A stretch of DNA of 64,000 nt from IMG/VR virus record IMGVR_UViG_3300025133_000069, positions 12,430 to 76,429 of that record; one strand, given 5' to 3'. This stretch comes from a virus. Shown here piece after piece: positions 35,610 to 45,918 of the stretch. Both the position numbers and the translations under genes were made by a program. The notes under the pieces were generated by a model, which had not been told where the DNA came from, searched no databases, and saw only the letters and a list, made by a program, of their open reading frames with translations. Every line of letters begins with the position of its first letter. Within the stretch, counting starts at the first letter, position 1.

Positions 35610-36917
35610 ATGAAAAAAATTTATATTCTTGATACAAACGTTTTTTTGACAAACGCTAAATCAATTTTTGAGTTTAAAAACAACGATATAGTCGTTCCTC
35701 TTAAGGTTCTTGACGAAATTGATAAACACAAAAAAAGACAAGATGGCGTTGGTTTAAACGCTCGTGCTGTTATTCGTACGTTGGACAACTTAAGAAGTCG
35801 AGGAAATTTGCATAAAGGCGTGCGAATCGCGAAAGGAAGAGGAATATTATTTGTAAGAGGATACGATATAGAAGATATTCCTCTTGGATGTGATTTAAAG
35901 AGCGCAGATAACGAAATTATTACAACAGCGATTACTGAACAAAAAAAGAACCTTAAAAGAAAAGTGATCGTTGTAACACGCGATATTAACATGCGTGTGA
36001 AGTGTGATTCACTTGAAATATTAACTGAAGATTATATCACTAACAAGGTTGTAACAGATCACAATAAATTATTTGCTGGATTTTCAAAACATTTAGTTGA
36101 CGATCAAATAGTTGATCATGTATACGAAGGACAAGAAGTCGTTTTTGATAAAGAAGAAGGAAAATTTAACCCAAATCAATTTTTAATGTTGGTATCTAAC
36201 GCAAATGAAAAGAAAACAGCTTTAGTAAGATTTAAAAATTACAACGTACCTTTACATAAAGTTTCTGAATATAAGAATGGCGTTTGGGGACTGAAGCCTA
36301 GAAACAAAGAACAAATGTTCGCTTTAGACGTTCTATTAGATCCAAACATACCTATCGTTACATTAGTTGGAAAAGCTGGTTGCGGTAAAACTCTTTTGGC
36401 AATTGCAGCTGGTTTAGATCAAGTATTAGACCAAGAAAGATATAAAAAATTGGTTGTGTCTAGGCCGGTGCAGCCATTAGGAAAAGATATAGGTTATCTT
36501 CCCGGGACAATGGAAGAAAAAATGAGACCATGGCTAATGCCGATCCAAGATAACTTGGATCACTTGTTAGATGGTAAAAAAGAGTCTATGTCTATGTTTT
36601 TTGAAAATGGCACTATTCAGATAGAGGCACTTACATACATCAGAGGTAGATCGATATCTAATGCATTTATTATTGTTGATGAAGCACAAAATTTAACAAT
36701 ACATGAATTAAAGACTATAATCACTAGAGTGGGTGAAAATACTAAAATAGTCCTTACAGGCGACATAGAACAAATTGATAGTGTTTATTTAGATTCAACA
36801 TCTAATGGGCTATCCTATGCAGTAGAAAAACTTAAAGCGCATGATCTATCTGGTCATATGACTTTAATAAAAGGTGAAAGATCAAAAGTAGCTACTTTAG
36901 CTTCAAGGGTGTTATAA
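35610..36917 (+). CDS. phoH: PIN-PhoH (PhoH2/YlaK-like) protein
   Basis: PIN motifs ILDTNV and VTRDINMR; Walker A GKAGCGKT; GYLPG, RGRS, DEAQN, GDIEQID. Confidence 0.95.
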   Translation: MKKIYILDTNVFLTNAKSIFEFKNNDIVVPLKVLDEIDKHKKRQDGVGLNARAVIRTLDNLRSRGNLHKGVRIAKGRGILFVRGYDIEDIPLGCDLKSADNEIITTAITEQKKNLKRKVIVVTRDINMRVKCDSLEILTEDYITNKVVTDHNKLFAGFSKHLVDDQIVDHVYEGQEVVFDKEEGKFNPNQFLMLVSNANEKKTALVRFKNYNVPLHKVSEYKNGVWGLKPRNKEQMFALDVLLDPNIPIVTLVGKAGCGKTLLAIAAGLDQVLDQERYKKLVVSRPVQPLGKDIGYLPGTMEEKMRPWLMPIQDNLDHLLDGKKESMSMFFENGTIQIEALTYIRGRSISNAFIIVDEAQNLTIHELKTIITRVGENTKIVLTGDIEQIDSVYLDSTSNGLSYAVEKLKAHDLSGHMTLIKGERSKVATLASRVL

Positions 36918-37228
36918 TGGAAATAATGAAAGCAAAGGAACTTGAAAAAAACCCAACATTAAAACAGGTAGTAGAGCCTGAAAACGATTTAAAAAATTTT
37001 TTAGTTGAATATGTTGGTGAAAAAGCAAGCCCTAACGACCAAAATGTTACGGTTGAGATGATAATTGAGACAATGGCTAATGAATTCCCAGAATTTCTTC
37101 TTGCCATGGCAGAAGAGAACTGGATTCGAGGCTATCAACAAGCACTTGACGATGTTGACCTTGGAAAAGGTATATTTGAGAAAATCGATGACAAACAGAA
37201 AAAACATTGTAAATTATGTGAAAAATAA
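36917..37228 (+). CDS. hypothetical protein
   Basis: 103 aa, TAATG-coupled to phoH. Confidence 0.75.
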   Translation: MEIMKAKELEKNPTLKQVVEPENDLKNFLVEYVGEKASPNDQNVTVEMIIETMANEFPEFLLAMAEENWIRGYQQALDDVDLGKGIFEKIDDKQKKHCKLCEK

Positions 37229-37886
37229 GAAAAATAGCCTAAAACAGCAGAAAATTGGTGATATAAGCATCTTTATAAAGGATAATATCACGAATAACGT
37301 TAAATATGAGACTGTTTTTGAGCATATTAATTTTATTTTACCTTATAAGATATTAAATTTGATTGATGTGGTGTATATTGGTGATTTTGATTTTTTTGAA
37401 CATCGAGCAATCAATGCAGTATATATGGACCGTGCTATCTATGTTTCTAATGAACAGAGTAATAAAGAAGACATGATTGACGATATAGTGCATGAAGTTG
37501 CACATGCTGTTGAAGAAACACATAAATATTTTATTTATAATGATAAATTAGTAGAAAATGAGTTTTTAGGCAAAAGAAACAAATTGGAACTAATGTTAAA
37601 CCATGAAGGGTATAATACTGATCATTTAGACTTTTTAAATCTGGCTTATGAAAAAGAGTTAGATCTTTTTTTGTATGATGAGGTAGGAAATGCAAATTTA
37701 AATAAATTAATTAATGGACTCTTCATGAGAGGATATTCAGCTGTTTCACTGAGAGAATATTTCGCTACTACTTTTGAAGAATACTATTTAGGAAATAACT
37801 TTGATGTAAAAGGAATATCACCTTTTTTATATGAAAAAATAAATTTAATAAACGAAGAACAGGAACTTAATAAAAATGAATTTTAA
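37188..37886 (+). CDS. HExxH zinc-metallopeptidase-like protein
   Basis: IVHEVAHAV...LREYFA; likely start ATG 37188. Confidence 0.7.
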   Translation: MTNRKNIVNYVKNKKNSLKQQKIGDISIFIKDNITNNVKYETVFEHINFILPYKILNLIDVVYIGDFDFFEHRAINAVYMDRAIYVSNEQSNKEDMIDDIVHEVAHAVEETHKYFIYNDKLVENEFLGKRNKLELMLNHEGYNTDHLDFLNLAYEKELDLFLYDEVGNANLNKLINGLFMRGYSAVSLREYFATTFEEYYLGNNFDVKGISPFLYEKINLINEEQELNKNEF

Positions 37887-38283
37887 TATTGATATTGATA
37901 AAGAAAAAAATGTACTTACTATTACTGTAATACTGCCAACTCGGAGAGTGGCAAAAACACCAAAAAAGAAGGTTGGTTATCGTACTATGAAAAAACTTTT
38001 AGATGAAAATTTGAAGCTTCCTAAAAATTATACTTTAGGAAAATGTATTAATCCTCATGTAACGGTTGATAATTCTCCTGATACTTCGACAAAAGCGGTT
38101 TGGAGTTTTAATCTCCTATCAGACGTAAAGCCCTCGCAGAAAAAAGTAGTCGCACCGAAAAAGACTCTCCTATCAGACGTAAAGCCCTCGAAGAAAAAAG
38201 TAGTCGCACCGAAAAAGACGGTGACAAAATCTCAACCTTCCCTGAAAAAGAAAAAAACGAAAAAGCCTGTGGAGGAAAAGTGA
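37876..38283 (+). CDS. hypothetical protein with Lys-rich repetitive tail
   Basis: 135 aa; histone-like K/P/V tail. Confidence 0.7.
   Translation: MNFNIDIDKEKNVLTITVILPTRRVAKTPKKKVGYRTMKKLLDENLKLPKNYTLGKCINPHVTVDNSPDTSTKAVWSFNLLSDVKPSQKKVVAPKKTLLSDVKPSKKKVVAPKKTVTKSQPSLKKKKTKKPVEEK
38112..38219 (+). repeat. 54-bp tandem duplication (1 mismatch)
   Basis: Copies start at 38112 and 38166, encoding LLSDVKPS(Q/K)KKVVAPKKT. Confidence 0.95.
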
Positions 38284-39059
38284 GTCATATATCTTTTTCC
38301 GAATTAAAAAACTGGAATGATTGTCCTTTTAAACATAAATTAGTATATGTTGATAAGATAAAAAAGTTTGTTGGGAATGAATACACTGCTTTTGGAAAAG
38401 CAATTCACGATACTTGTGAAAAGATGATTCTTTCTGAAACTGTAGTACCTAATTTGAGTACATTTTTCGATCTCCAATTTTTAGATGAGTTGCAAAGACT
38501 AAAAGAAGAAAATATAGAACTTAAACAAAATTTGATCAACGATATGAGAGAGCAAGGTAGTTCTTTAACCAACTTCATCCTTCCGGCGGTCAAAGAAACT
38601 TTTGTAGAATATGAAGTTATTTCAGCAGAAGAAGCGCTTTATGAAGATATAGAAAACTCTGAATTTAAATTTAAAGGGTACATTGATTTAGTCTTAAAAA
38701 CAAAAGATGGCAAATACCATATTATTGATTGGAAAACTTGTTCGTGGGGATGGGACAGGAAAAGAAAAGCGGATAGAATGACAACATATCAGCTAACTTT
38801 GTATAAGTATTATTTTGCAAAAAAGCATAATGTTGATTTGTCTAATATCGAAACTCACTTTGCTTTATTAAAAAGAACTGCCAAGAAAAACAAAGTAGAG
38901 ATATTTCGTGTAACTAGTGGACCAAAAAAAACAGAAAATGCTGTTAACTTATTGAACAAAGCGCTTTATAATATAGAACATAAGAAATATATAAAAAATC
39001 GTTTATCTTGTACACAAGGATACGGTTGCGAATTTTATAAAACAGAACATTGTAGGTAG
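38280..39059 (+). CDS. PD-(D/E)XK (Cas4/RecB-like) exonuclease
   Basis: SFSEL..W..CP, GKAIH, GYIDLV, IIDWKT, YQLTLY and a C-terminal Cys cluster. Confidence 0.9.
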   Translation: MSHISFSELKNWNDCPFKHKLVYVDKIKKFVGNEYTAFGKAIHDTCEKMILSETVVPNLSTFFDLQFLDELQRLKEENIELKQNLINDMREQGSSLTNFILPAVKETFVEYEVISAEEALYEDIENSEFKFKGYIDLVLKTKDGKYHIIDWKTCSWGWDRKRKADRMTTYQLTLYKYYFAKKHNVDLSNIETHFALLKRTAKKNKVEIFRVTSGPKKTENAVNLLNKALYNIEHKKYIKNRLSCTQGYGCEFYKTEHCR

Positions 39060-39062
39060 TAT

Positions 39063-40316
39063 ATGAAAAGACTTAAGATTTTTGTAATATCCGATCATCC
39101 TTTTTCTCCATCGGGCGTTGGTATACAGACTCGAAATATGATTGAGAACTTGCTTGAAACTGGCAAATATATATTTAGATGCTTTGGTGGAGCAATCAAA
39201 CATCAAAACTATGAGCCCCAAAAAACAGAAAAATATGGAGATGATTTAATCGTTTACCCTGTCGATGGTTACGGTAGCCAAGAAACAGTAAGATCCATGA
39301 TAAGAACGGAAAGACCAGATATGCTTTGGTTCATGACTGATCCAAGGTTTTTTCCGTGGCTTTGGGAAATAGAAGATGAAATTCGCTCGTTGATACCGAT
39401 GGTATATTATCATGTATGGGATAATTACCCATATCCAGATTTCAATGGTCAGTGGTACAATTCAACAGATGTAATAACTTGTATATCAAAAGTAACTCAT
39501 GATATAGTAAAAAATGTTGCGCCAGCAGTAGAAAGTCATTATCTCCCACATGCTGTTGCTTCTGATATATTTAAGCCTTTAAGCGAAGAAGAAATATTAG
39601 ATTTTCGAAAAACTCATGTTGGCGTTGACGAAAATAAATTTATTGTTTTTTGGAATAATCGAAACGCTCGTCGCAAACAACCAGGTACTTTGATTCATTG
39701 GTTTAAAGAGTTTTTGGAAAAAGTTGGAAAAGATAAAGCGATGCTTATAATGCATACTGATCCATCTGATCCCAATGGGCCAAACTTAACCAATATAATT
39801 GAAAATTTAGGGCTTACTGATGGCGAAGTAAAATTTTCAACTCAAAAAGTTGAATTTCATCATTTAGCCGCAATGTATAATATAGCAGATGTCACTGTTA
39901 ACATATCAGACGCAGAGGGTTTTGGTTTAGCAACACTAGAGTCTCTTTCGTGTGGAACACCAATCATTGTGACAATGACCGGAGGTTTACAAGAGCAAGT
40001 AACTGATGGAGAAGAGTGGTTCGGTGTAGGAATTGAACCAAATTCTAAAGCTGTTATAGGATCTCAAGATGTACCATATATCTATGAAGATCGAATTGGA
40101 AAAGAGGATTTTGTTAGTGCTCTTATAAAAATCTATGAGTTAAACAGACCTCAAAGAAGAGAATTTGGTCTTAAAGGCCGCGAACATGTTATAAAAAACT
40201 ATAATTTTGAAACTTATCACAAGAGATGGGATGAGCTATTACAAAATATACATGAAAAATATGGCTCTTGGGATACAAGAAAGCATTACAAAACTTGGGA
40301 GTTCACAGAGGTATAA
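39063..40316 (+). CDS. GT4-family glycosyltransferase
   Basis: RNARRK, ADVTVNISDAEGFGLATLESLSCGTP. Confidence 0.9.
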   Translation: MKRLKIFVISDHPFSPSGVGIQTRNMIENLLETGKYIFRCFGGAIKHQNYEPQKTEKYGDDLIVYPVDGYGSQETVRSMIRTERPDMLWFMTDPRFFPWLWEIEDEIRSLIPMVYYHVWDNYPYPDFNGQWYNSTDVITCISKVTHDIVKNVAPAVESHYLPHAVASDIFKPLSEEEILDFRKTHVGVDENKFIVFWNNRNARRKQPGTLIHWFKEFLEKVGKDKAMLIMHTDPSDPNGPNLTNIIENLGLTDGEVKFSTQKVEFHHLAAMYNIADVTVNISDAEGFGLATLESLSCGTPIIVTMTGGLQEQVTDGEEWFGVGIEPNSKAVIGSQDVPYIYEDRIGKEDFVSALIKIYELNRPQRREFGLKGREHVIKNYNFETYHKRWDELLQNIHEKYGSWDTRKHYKTWEFTEV

Positions 40317-40319
40317 AAT

Positions 40320-41573
40320 ATGCGAAAGAAAATACTTTTAAAAGGCCCGGTTTTAACTCAATCTGGATATGGTCATCACGCACGTACGGTTTTAAGAGCT
40401 TTACGAACACGAGAAGACCTTTTCGATATTTATATCCAAGCTATAACCTGGGGAAATTGCAGTTGGCAGTGGGAAGATTCAGAAGAAAGAAGATGGATTG
40501 ACACAATTTTGCAAAAGACTTTGGTCCATATAAAGGAGCAAGGGCATTTTGATATATCTTTACAAGTCACTATACCTAACGAGTGGGAAAAATTGGCTCC
40601 TGTAAACATTGGTATAACAGCAGGCATCGAAACTACAAAAGTGTCGTCGCAATGGATTGAAAAATCCTTTTTAATGGATAAAATCATAACCATCTCAGAA
40701 CATTCTAAATGGTCTTATGAAAGCACAGTATATCAAGCACAAGACCCAGATACTGGTCAAATTTTTGAAGCTAAATGTGAAACTCCAATAGAAGTTGTAC
40801 ATTATCCTGTGCGAAAATTTGAACCTGCTAAATTAGACTTGAATTTGTCTACTGACTTCAATTTTTTGAGCGTAGCTCAATGGAGCCCTAGGAAAAATAT
40901 TCAACAATTAATAAAATGTTTTGTTGAACAATATAAAGAAGATGAGAACGTAGGTTTAATTCTTAAACTTAATATCGCTAAAAATTCCCTAATTGATCGT
41001 ATCCATTTAAACCATCAAGTTAAAAGCTTTTTACACGAATTCTCAGAGAGAAAATGTAAAATTTATACTTTACATGGTTATATGACCGATGAAGAAATGG
41101 CTGGTTTATACAACCATCCAAAAATCAAGGCTTATGCCACAACAACACATGGCGAGGGTTTTGGTTTACCATTATTTGAAGCAGCATATTACGGCATGCC
41201 AGTTGTTGCACCCGATTGGAGTGGTCATTTAGACTTTCTTTACATGCCAAAAAAAGACAAAAAAGGTACATTTAAGAAGAAACCGATGTTTTCAAGAGTT
41301 GGATACACTCTACAACCAATTGAACCATCCTCGGTTTGGGATGGCGTTCTTCAGGCCGATTCAAAGTGGGCCATCCCAGAAGACGGCTCTCTTAAGATGG
41401 CAATGAGTGATCTGACTAACGATTATGGTAGACATGTTAAGAGAGCAAAAGAGCTTCAAAAATGGATTTGTGAAGAATTTAATGAAGAAAAACAATATGA
41501 AAACTTTATCTCCTCAATTCATGATTTCGTGGGCGATCTAGAATCTGAAGAAGCAATTAAAATCTTTTCATGA
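40320..41573 (+). CDS. GT4-family glycosyltransferase
   Basis: SGYG, PRKN, HGEGFGLPLFEAA. Confidence 0.9.
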   Translation: MRKKILLKGPVLTQSGYGHHARTVLRALRTREDLFDIYIQAITWGNCSWQWEDSEERRWIDTILQKTLVHIKEQGHFDISLQVTIPNEWEKLAPVNIGITAGIETTKVSSQWIEKSFLMDKIITISEHSKWSYESTVYQAQDPDTGQIFEAKCETPIEVVHYPVRKFEPAKLDLNLSTDFNFLSVAQWSPRKNIQQLIKCFVEQYKEDENVGLILKLNIAKNSLIDRIHLNHQVKSFLHEFSERKCKIYTLHGYMTDEEMAGLYNHPKIKAYATTTHGEGFGLPLFEAAYYGMPVVAPDWSGHLDFLYMPKKDKKGTFKKKPMFSRVGYTLQPIEPSSVWDGVLQADSKWAIPEDGSLKMAMSDLTNDYGRHVKRAKELQKWICEEFNEEKQYENFISSIHDFVGDLESEEAIKIFS

Positions 41574-43198
41574 AATTTGTTTTCATAGCTGATTTTTTTT
41601 CTAATGAAATTTGTGGAGGCGGCGAACTCAATAATCAATATTTAATTGAATCTTTGAGAAAAAAAGGCCATGAAGTTGAAGAGAAGAAATCAGTTGATGT
41701 AATATATAAATTTTTAGAAGACAATTGTGAATCTAATTTTATAATTGCTAATTTTGTACAATTAAATCCTGTATTTATACAAAAAATACAAAAATTAAAA
41801 TATATTATATATGAGCATGACCACAAATATATAAAATCTAGAAATCCGGCGTTATATCATAACTACAAAGTACCTAAAAACCAATTAATCAACGAAAACT
41901 TCTATAAAAATGCAATTTCGGTTTTTTGCCAAAGCGATTTACATGCAGAAATCGTAAATAAAAATCTTAATATAGAAAATATCAAGAATTTAAGCGGCAA
42001 CATGTGGTCTACCGAAACCCTTGATTTGCTTGAAAAACTGTCTAAAAATTCCAAAAAAGATCGTTTTTCAGTGATGGAATCTTCAATTTCACATAAAAAT
42101 ACGCCTGGTGCCGTTAGATATTGTGAATCTAAAGAAGAAGAATACCAGTTGATAAGATCTTCAGATTATTATAATTTTTTAGAGCAATTATCGGGTAATA
42201 ATAAGTTTGCTTTCTTTCCGCAAACACCAGAAACCCTATCTAGAGTATCTGTAGAGGCGCGCATGCTCAATGTTGAGGTGCATATAAATTCTAAAGTCGG
42301 CGCAGCAGGAGAGCCTTGGTTTAAACTTAAAGGCAAAAAGCTGATTGATTTTATGCGTAAGAGAAAATCTGAAATTACAAGTGCTGTTGAACACGTATTC
42401 GAAGGTGGGAAAATAACAAGGTCTTTAAAGGAAGCGCCCCTACCAAAAATTTCTTTAATTACATCTCTGTATAAAGGAGATGACCATATTGAAGCTTTTA
42501 TGAAGAATATAACGTCACAAAGCATATTTGAAGAATGTGAATTGATTATAATTAATGCTAATTCTCCTGGGAGTGAGTCAGAAGTTATAGAAAAGTATAT
42601 GAAAAAGCATTCGAATATCATATACGAGAAATTAGATAAAGATCCAGGAATCTATGGCTGTTGGAATCTAGCCATAGAAAAATCATCGGGAGAATTTATA
42701 TCTAACGCAAACTTAGATGATAGAAGATCAAAACAGCATGTTGAAATATTAGCTACGAAACTTATGAACAATCCAGATGTTGATTTGGTCTATTCGGAAT
42801 GCTTTCTAACTAAAAAAGATCATGAAAGCTATATAAATAACTCTTCTGATGGGGAAACATATCCAATAATTGATTTCTCCCCCGAAGCAATGATAAAGTG
42901 TCTACCTGGCTGTATGCCTATTTGGCGAAGATCAATGCATAAAAAAGTTGGGAATTTTAATGAAAAGTATAAATTTGCTGGCGACTGGGATATGTGGTTG
43001 CGGGCAGTTAAGAATGGTTCACGCTTTAAACGAATTGAAGGTGCCCATGGACTTTATTACTTCAATCCGAAAGGTCTGTCAACAGATAAAACGAAAGAAC
43101 ATGAAAAATATAAAGAGGAAAAAGTTGTATTTCACGAGTATGCCGAGGTATTTGGAAAAGAAAACTGCAATCGGTATAGAGAATATTTTTCACAATGA
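41570..43198 (+). CDS. two-domain glycosyltransferase (GT-B-like + GT2)
   Basis: GGGEL...ETLSRVSVEA in the N-half; ISLITSLY, GIYGCWN, NANLDD, GDWDMWLR in the C-half. Confidence 0.85.
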   Translation: MKFVFIADFFSNEICGGGELNNQYLIESLRKKGHEVEEKKSVDVIYKFLEDNCESNFIIANFVQLNPVFIQKIQKLKYIIYEHDHKYIKSRNPALYHNYKVPKNQLINENFYKNAISVFCQSDLHAEIVNKNLNIENIKNLSGNMWSTETLDLLEKLSKNSKKDRFSVMESSISHKNTPGAVRYCESKEEEYQLIRSSDYYNFLEQLSGNNKFAFFPQTPETLSRVSVEARMLNVEVHINSKVGAAGEPWFKLKGKKLIDFMRKRKSEITSAVEHVFEGGKITRSLKEAPLPKISLITSLYKGDDHIEAFMKNITSQSIFEECELIIINANSPGSESEVIEKYMKKHSNIIYEKLDKDPGIYGCWNLAIEKSSGEFISNANLDDRRSKQHVEILATKLMNNPDVDLVYSECFLTKKDHESYINNSSDGETYPIIDFSPEAMIKCLPGCMPIWRRSMHKKVGNFNEKYKFAGDWDMWLRAVKNGSRFKRIEGAHGLYYFNPKGLSTDKTKEHEKYKEEKVVFHEYAEVFGKENCNRYREYFSQ

Positions 43199-43842
43199 AA
43201 AAAATTATATCATTTAGCTTATGGGGTGATAAACCGATGTATACCATCGGCGCCATTAAAAATGCAGATTTGGCTCTGGATGTTTATCCCGATTGGATTT
43301 GTCGTTACTATGTTGGTAAGTCTGTACCAATTGATATAATTACATCGCTTGTGGAGAGAAAAAATACCGAAGTATTTGTGATGAACGAACAAGGTGACTG
43401 GACGGGAATGTTTTGGAGATTCTATCCAGCATCAGATGCTGATGTTGACATCATGATTTCTCGTGATACGGATAGTCGCTTGAACTTAAGAGAAAAAGCA
43501 GCAGTTGAAGAATGGCTAACAAGCGATAAAGATTTCCATATCATGAGAGATCATCCTCATCACGCAACAGAGATCTTGGGAGGTATGTGGGGAATACGGG
43601 GTAACAGGTTATCAAACATGAAACAAATGATTCGTGATTATACGAAGGGTGATTTTTGGCAAATTGATCAAAATTTCTTAAAAGAAAGGGTATATCCTGT
43701 TATAATAAATCATGTTTGTGTGCATGATGAATATTTTGAAAAAAAACCATTTCCAACTAAAAGAGTACCAAAAAGCTTTGTAGGCCAAGCTTATAATAAA
43801 AACGATGAAATAATGTATCCAGAGCATGCGAAGATGTTATGA
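43195..43842 (+). CDS. putative GT-A-fold glycosyltransferase
   Basis: ISFSLWG, MFWRF, SRDTDSR (DxD), MRDHP, LGGMWG, DQNFL. Confidence 0.7.
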   Translation: MKKIISFSLWGDKPMYTIGAIKNADLALDVYPDWICRYYVGKSVPIDIITSLVERKNTEVFVMNEQGDWTGMFWRFYPASDADVDIMISRDTDSRLNLREKAAVEEWLTSDKDFHIMRDHPHHATEILGGMWGIRGNRLSNMKQMIRDYTKGDFWQIDQNFLKERVYPVIINHVCVHDEYFEKKPFPTKRVPKSFVGQAYNKNDEIMYPEHAKML

Positions 43843-43857
43843 AAATAAGGAGTAATA

Positions 43858-44106
43858 ATGGGCGTAATACAAAAAATACTTTCAGTTGCGAAAATAAGTG
43901 AAAAACGAGGATCACAAGTTGAAATTGAATTAAATGAAAATGATCATCATTCTGCTCCAAAAGTAAATGGATTGGGAGGCGTTATTCATCTTCAAAACGA
44001 TGTTTGGAGGATTGAAATGTTTCTTCCTGAATTCATAGAGTTCGCCACATGTTGTGTTGAGGCAGGCCAAAAATTGAAAAAAAATAAGAATATAACAAAT
44101 GAATAA
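43858..44106 (+). CDS. small hypothetical protein, paralogous to the N-terminus of 44749
   Basis: AAGGAG RBS; IHLQ...RIEM...EFIEFATCCVEA. Confidence 0.7.
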   Translation: MGVIQKILSVAKISEKRGSQVEIELNENDHHSAPKVNGLGGVIHLQNDVWRIEMFLPEFIEFATCCVEAGQKLKKNKNITNE

Positions 44107-44728
44107 AATTCAACTAATAGAGCAGACATTTAGCGAAATAGATAAACAGTTCCAATTTATTACTTTAAGGAATTTTCATTTAATTCCTGCGCAGTCCTCT
44201 AAAAAAAATGATATAGACATATTAATATCAAAAGCTGACTCTAAAAAACTAATGAAACTTATGTCGGACATGGATTACCAAGTATTTTATGATTGGAATA
44301 CAGAATATCTTTATGGCGCCAATAGTCATATTCATTGTGTAAATGATAAAATTGATGTACATTTTGATGTAGTCCCCGGACTTTATTATAGAAGTTTGCA
44401 ACAAAGAAATTTATTTATAGGCGGATATGAAAAGCTAGAACAAAGTATGTGGGAAAACAAGAAATGTGTTGCTGAATGTTATCGATATATCCCCGCCACA
44501 GAAGATTTATTAACTCATCTTTGTTGTCATTCTATTTTTGATAAGATGGAAATAACGCAGACTTATAATGAAATGATAGAAAAATTATATGCCGACGCAG
44601 ACAAGAAAAAACTAAAAGAATTATTTTCTATAGCTTTTCATAAAGTGGCGGATCATCTAATATCTGTTGTGGAATCAGGGGATATATCACAATTAGTTAG
44701 GGAATATACTCAATACAATGATTATTAA
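44099..44728 (+). CDS. nucleotidyltransferase-like protein
   Basis: LRN...NDIDILI, later HFDV. Confidence 0.6.
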   Translation: MNKIQLIEQTFSEIDKQFQFITLRNFHLIPAQSSKKNDIDILISKADSKKLMKLMSDMDYQVFYDWNTEYLYGANSHIHCVNDKIDVHFDVVPGLYYRSLQQRNLFIGGYEKLEQSMWENKKCVAECYRYIPATEDLLTHLCCHSIFDKMEITQTYNEMIEKLYADADKKKLKELFSIAFHKVADHLISVVESGDISQLVREYTQYNDY

Positions 44729-44748
44729 AAAGTAAAAAAGGAGAAAAA

Positions 44749-45705
44749 ATGAGTACCAATACGGGTGTAATTCTTTTGGCGTCGAGGTCTAAAGGAGATT
44801 ATAGGCTTGATATAGAAGATAATATTGGAGAGGGGATTCATATCCATTATAATAATATTAGGCTTGATTACAGTATTAAAGAATTGTTAAGTTTTGCAAC
44901 TGCATGTCAGAAAGCTTTAGAAGAGTTAGGTTTCAATCAGGTGACAAATAAAAAACAAAAACTTTCAGTCTTTATTTCTGGTCAAGGCTATGTTGAAAAA
45001 GAATTTGTGGTAGAAAAATCACTAACTATATGGTCCCCTGGTCCATCATTATCAAAAAGAACTTATGAAATTTGGAAGGATTTGGACAATAATAAATATT
45101 GGGCTTTGATAAATCAACAAATAGACGCCAGAGTTACTGATAATAAAGAAGTCAATGAGGCTATATTAGAATATTCACAACAAAACAATTGGGCTATAGA
45201 AACCTATAGATTAGCATCAGATTATACTTTAACAAAATATTATGATGGATATTATCCTGTCGTTATTAACGAGCCAAGTACTTGGTTTTATAGCGCCAAA
45301 GAGTACCAAGATCGCGTTATTTCACACTATTATTCATTTGGCAATCCATATAGAACTGTGCATTATAATGACAATGGTACAGATAAAGAGTTGCCTAAAT
45401 CAGAACATGCGATTGAAAATAGGACAAAGTTTTATAATGAGGCAGTCAAACAACACCAGCAGTTTTCTGATGCAACAGATTGTTTCTTTGGAGATATACA
45501 GCCAAATAATTTTTTAGCTAATCATGATTTTAGTGACATTAAAATTATTGATGTTTGTTCAATTGAAGTCGGACACATTAAAGATTTTGTATGTCAGGGT
45601 GGAGAAGGAAAGTGGCCTCTACCAGAAAGTCGGTTCGTTGGGCCCAAATCGAACGATCATTTTTATAGAAACAAATATCACGCGCCAGGATCCAGGTCAC
45701 GATAA
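44749..45705 (+). CDS. protein with C-terminal kinase/phosphotransferase-like motif
   Basis: GDIQPNNFL...IKIIDV resembles the protein-kinase-like catalytic loop and DFG positions. Confidence 0.5.
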   Translation: MSTNTGVILLASRSKGDYRLDIEDNIGEGIHIHYNNIRLDYSIKELLSFATACQKALEELGFNQVTNKKQKLSVFISGQGYVEKEFVVEKSLTIWSPGPSLSKRTYEIWKDLDNNKYWALINQQIDARVTDNKEVNEAILEYSQQNNWAIETYRLASDYTLTKYYDGYYPVVINEPSTWFYSAKEYQDRVISHYYSFGNPYRTVHYNDNGTDKELPKSEHAIENRTKFYNEAVKQHQQFSDATDCFFGDIQPNNFLANHDFSDIKIIDVCSIEVGHIKDFVCQGGEGKWPLPESRFVGPKSNDHFYRNKYHAPGSRSR

Positions 45706-45722
45706 AAATATGGTGACATAAA

Positions 45723-45914
45723 ATGAAAGAATTATGTATACATCACCATTTAGGCTTAGGAGATCATTTTGTTTGTAATGGCCTTGTACATGAAGTTTCC
45801 AAAAAATATTCTAAAATTCATCTTCCAACAAAGATAAAGAGGTCAAACAGGGGTCTAAGTTTGAAAAGTTTCAGAGAAACGTTGATACAAAGCTTAAACA
45901 GAAAGGCCTTTTAA
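45723..45914 (+). pseudogene. N-terminal fragment of a glycosyltransferase-like gene
   Basis: HHHLGLGDHFVCNGLV start, ending after 63 aa. Confidence 0.55.
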
Positions 45915-45918
45915 GGTA

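Noticed and set aside
38280-39059. CRISPR-Cas system suggested by the Cas4-like nuclease
   Set aside because: No repeat-spacer array or other cas genes seen; stand-alone Cas4-like nucleases are common in phages.
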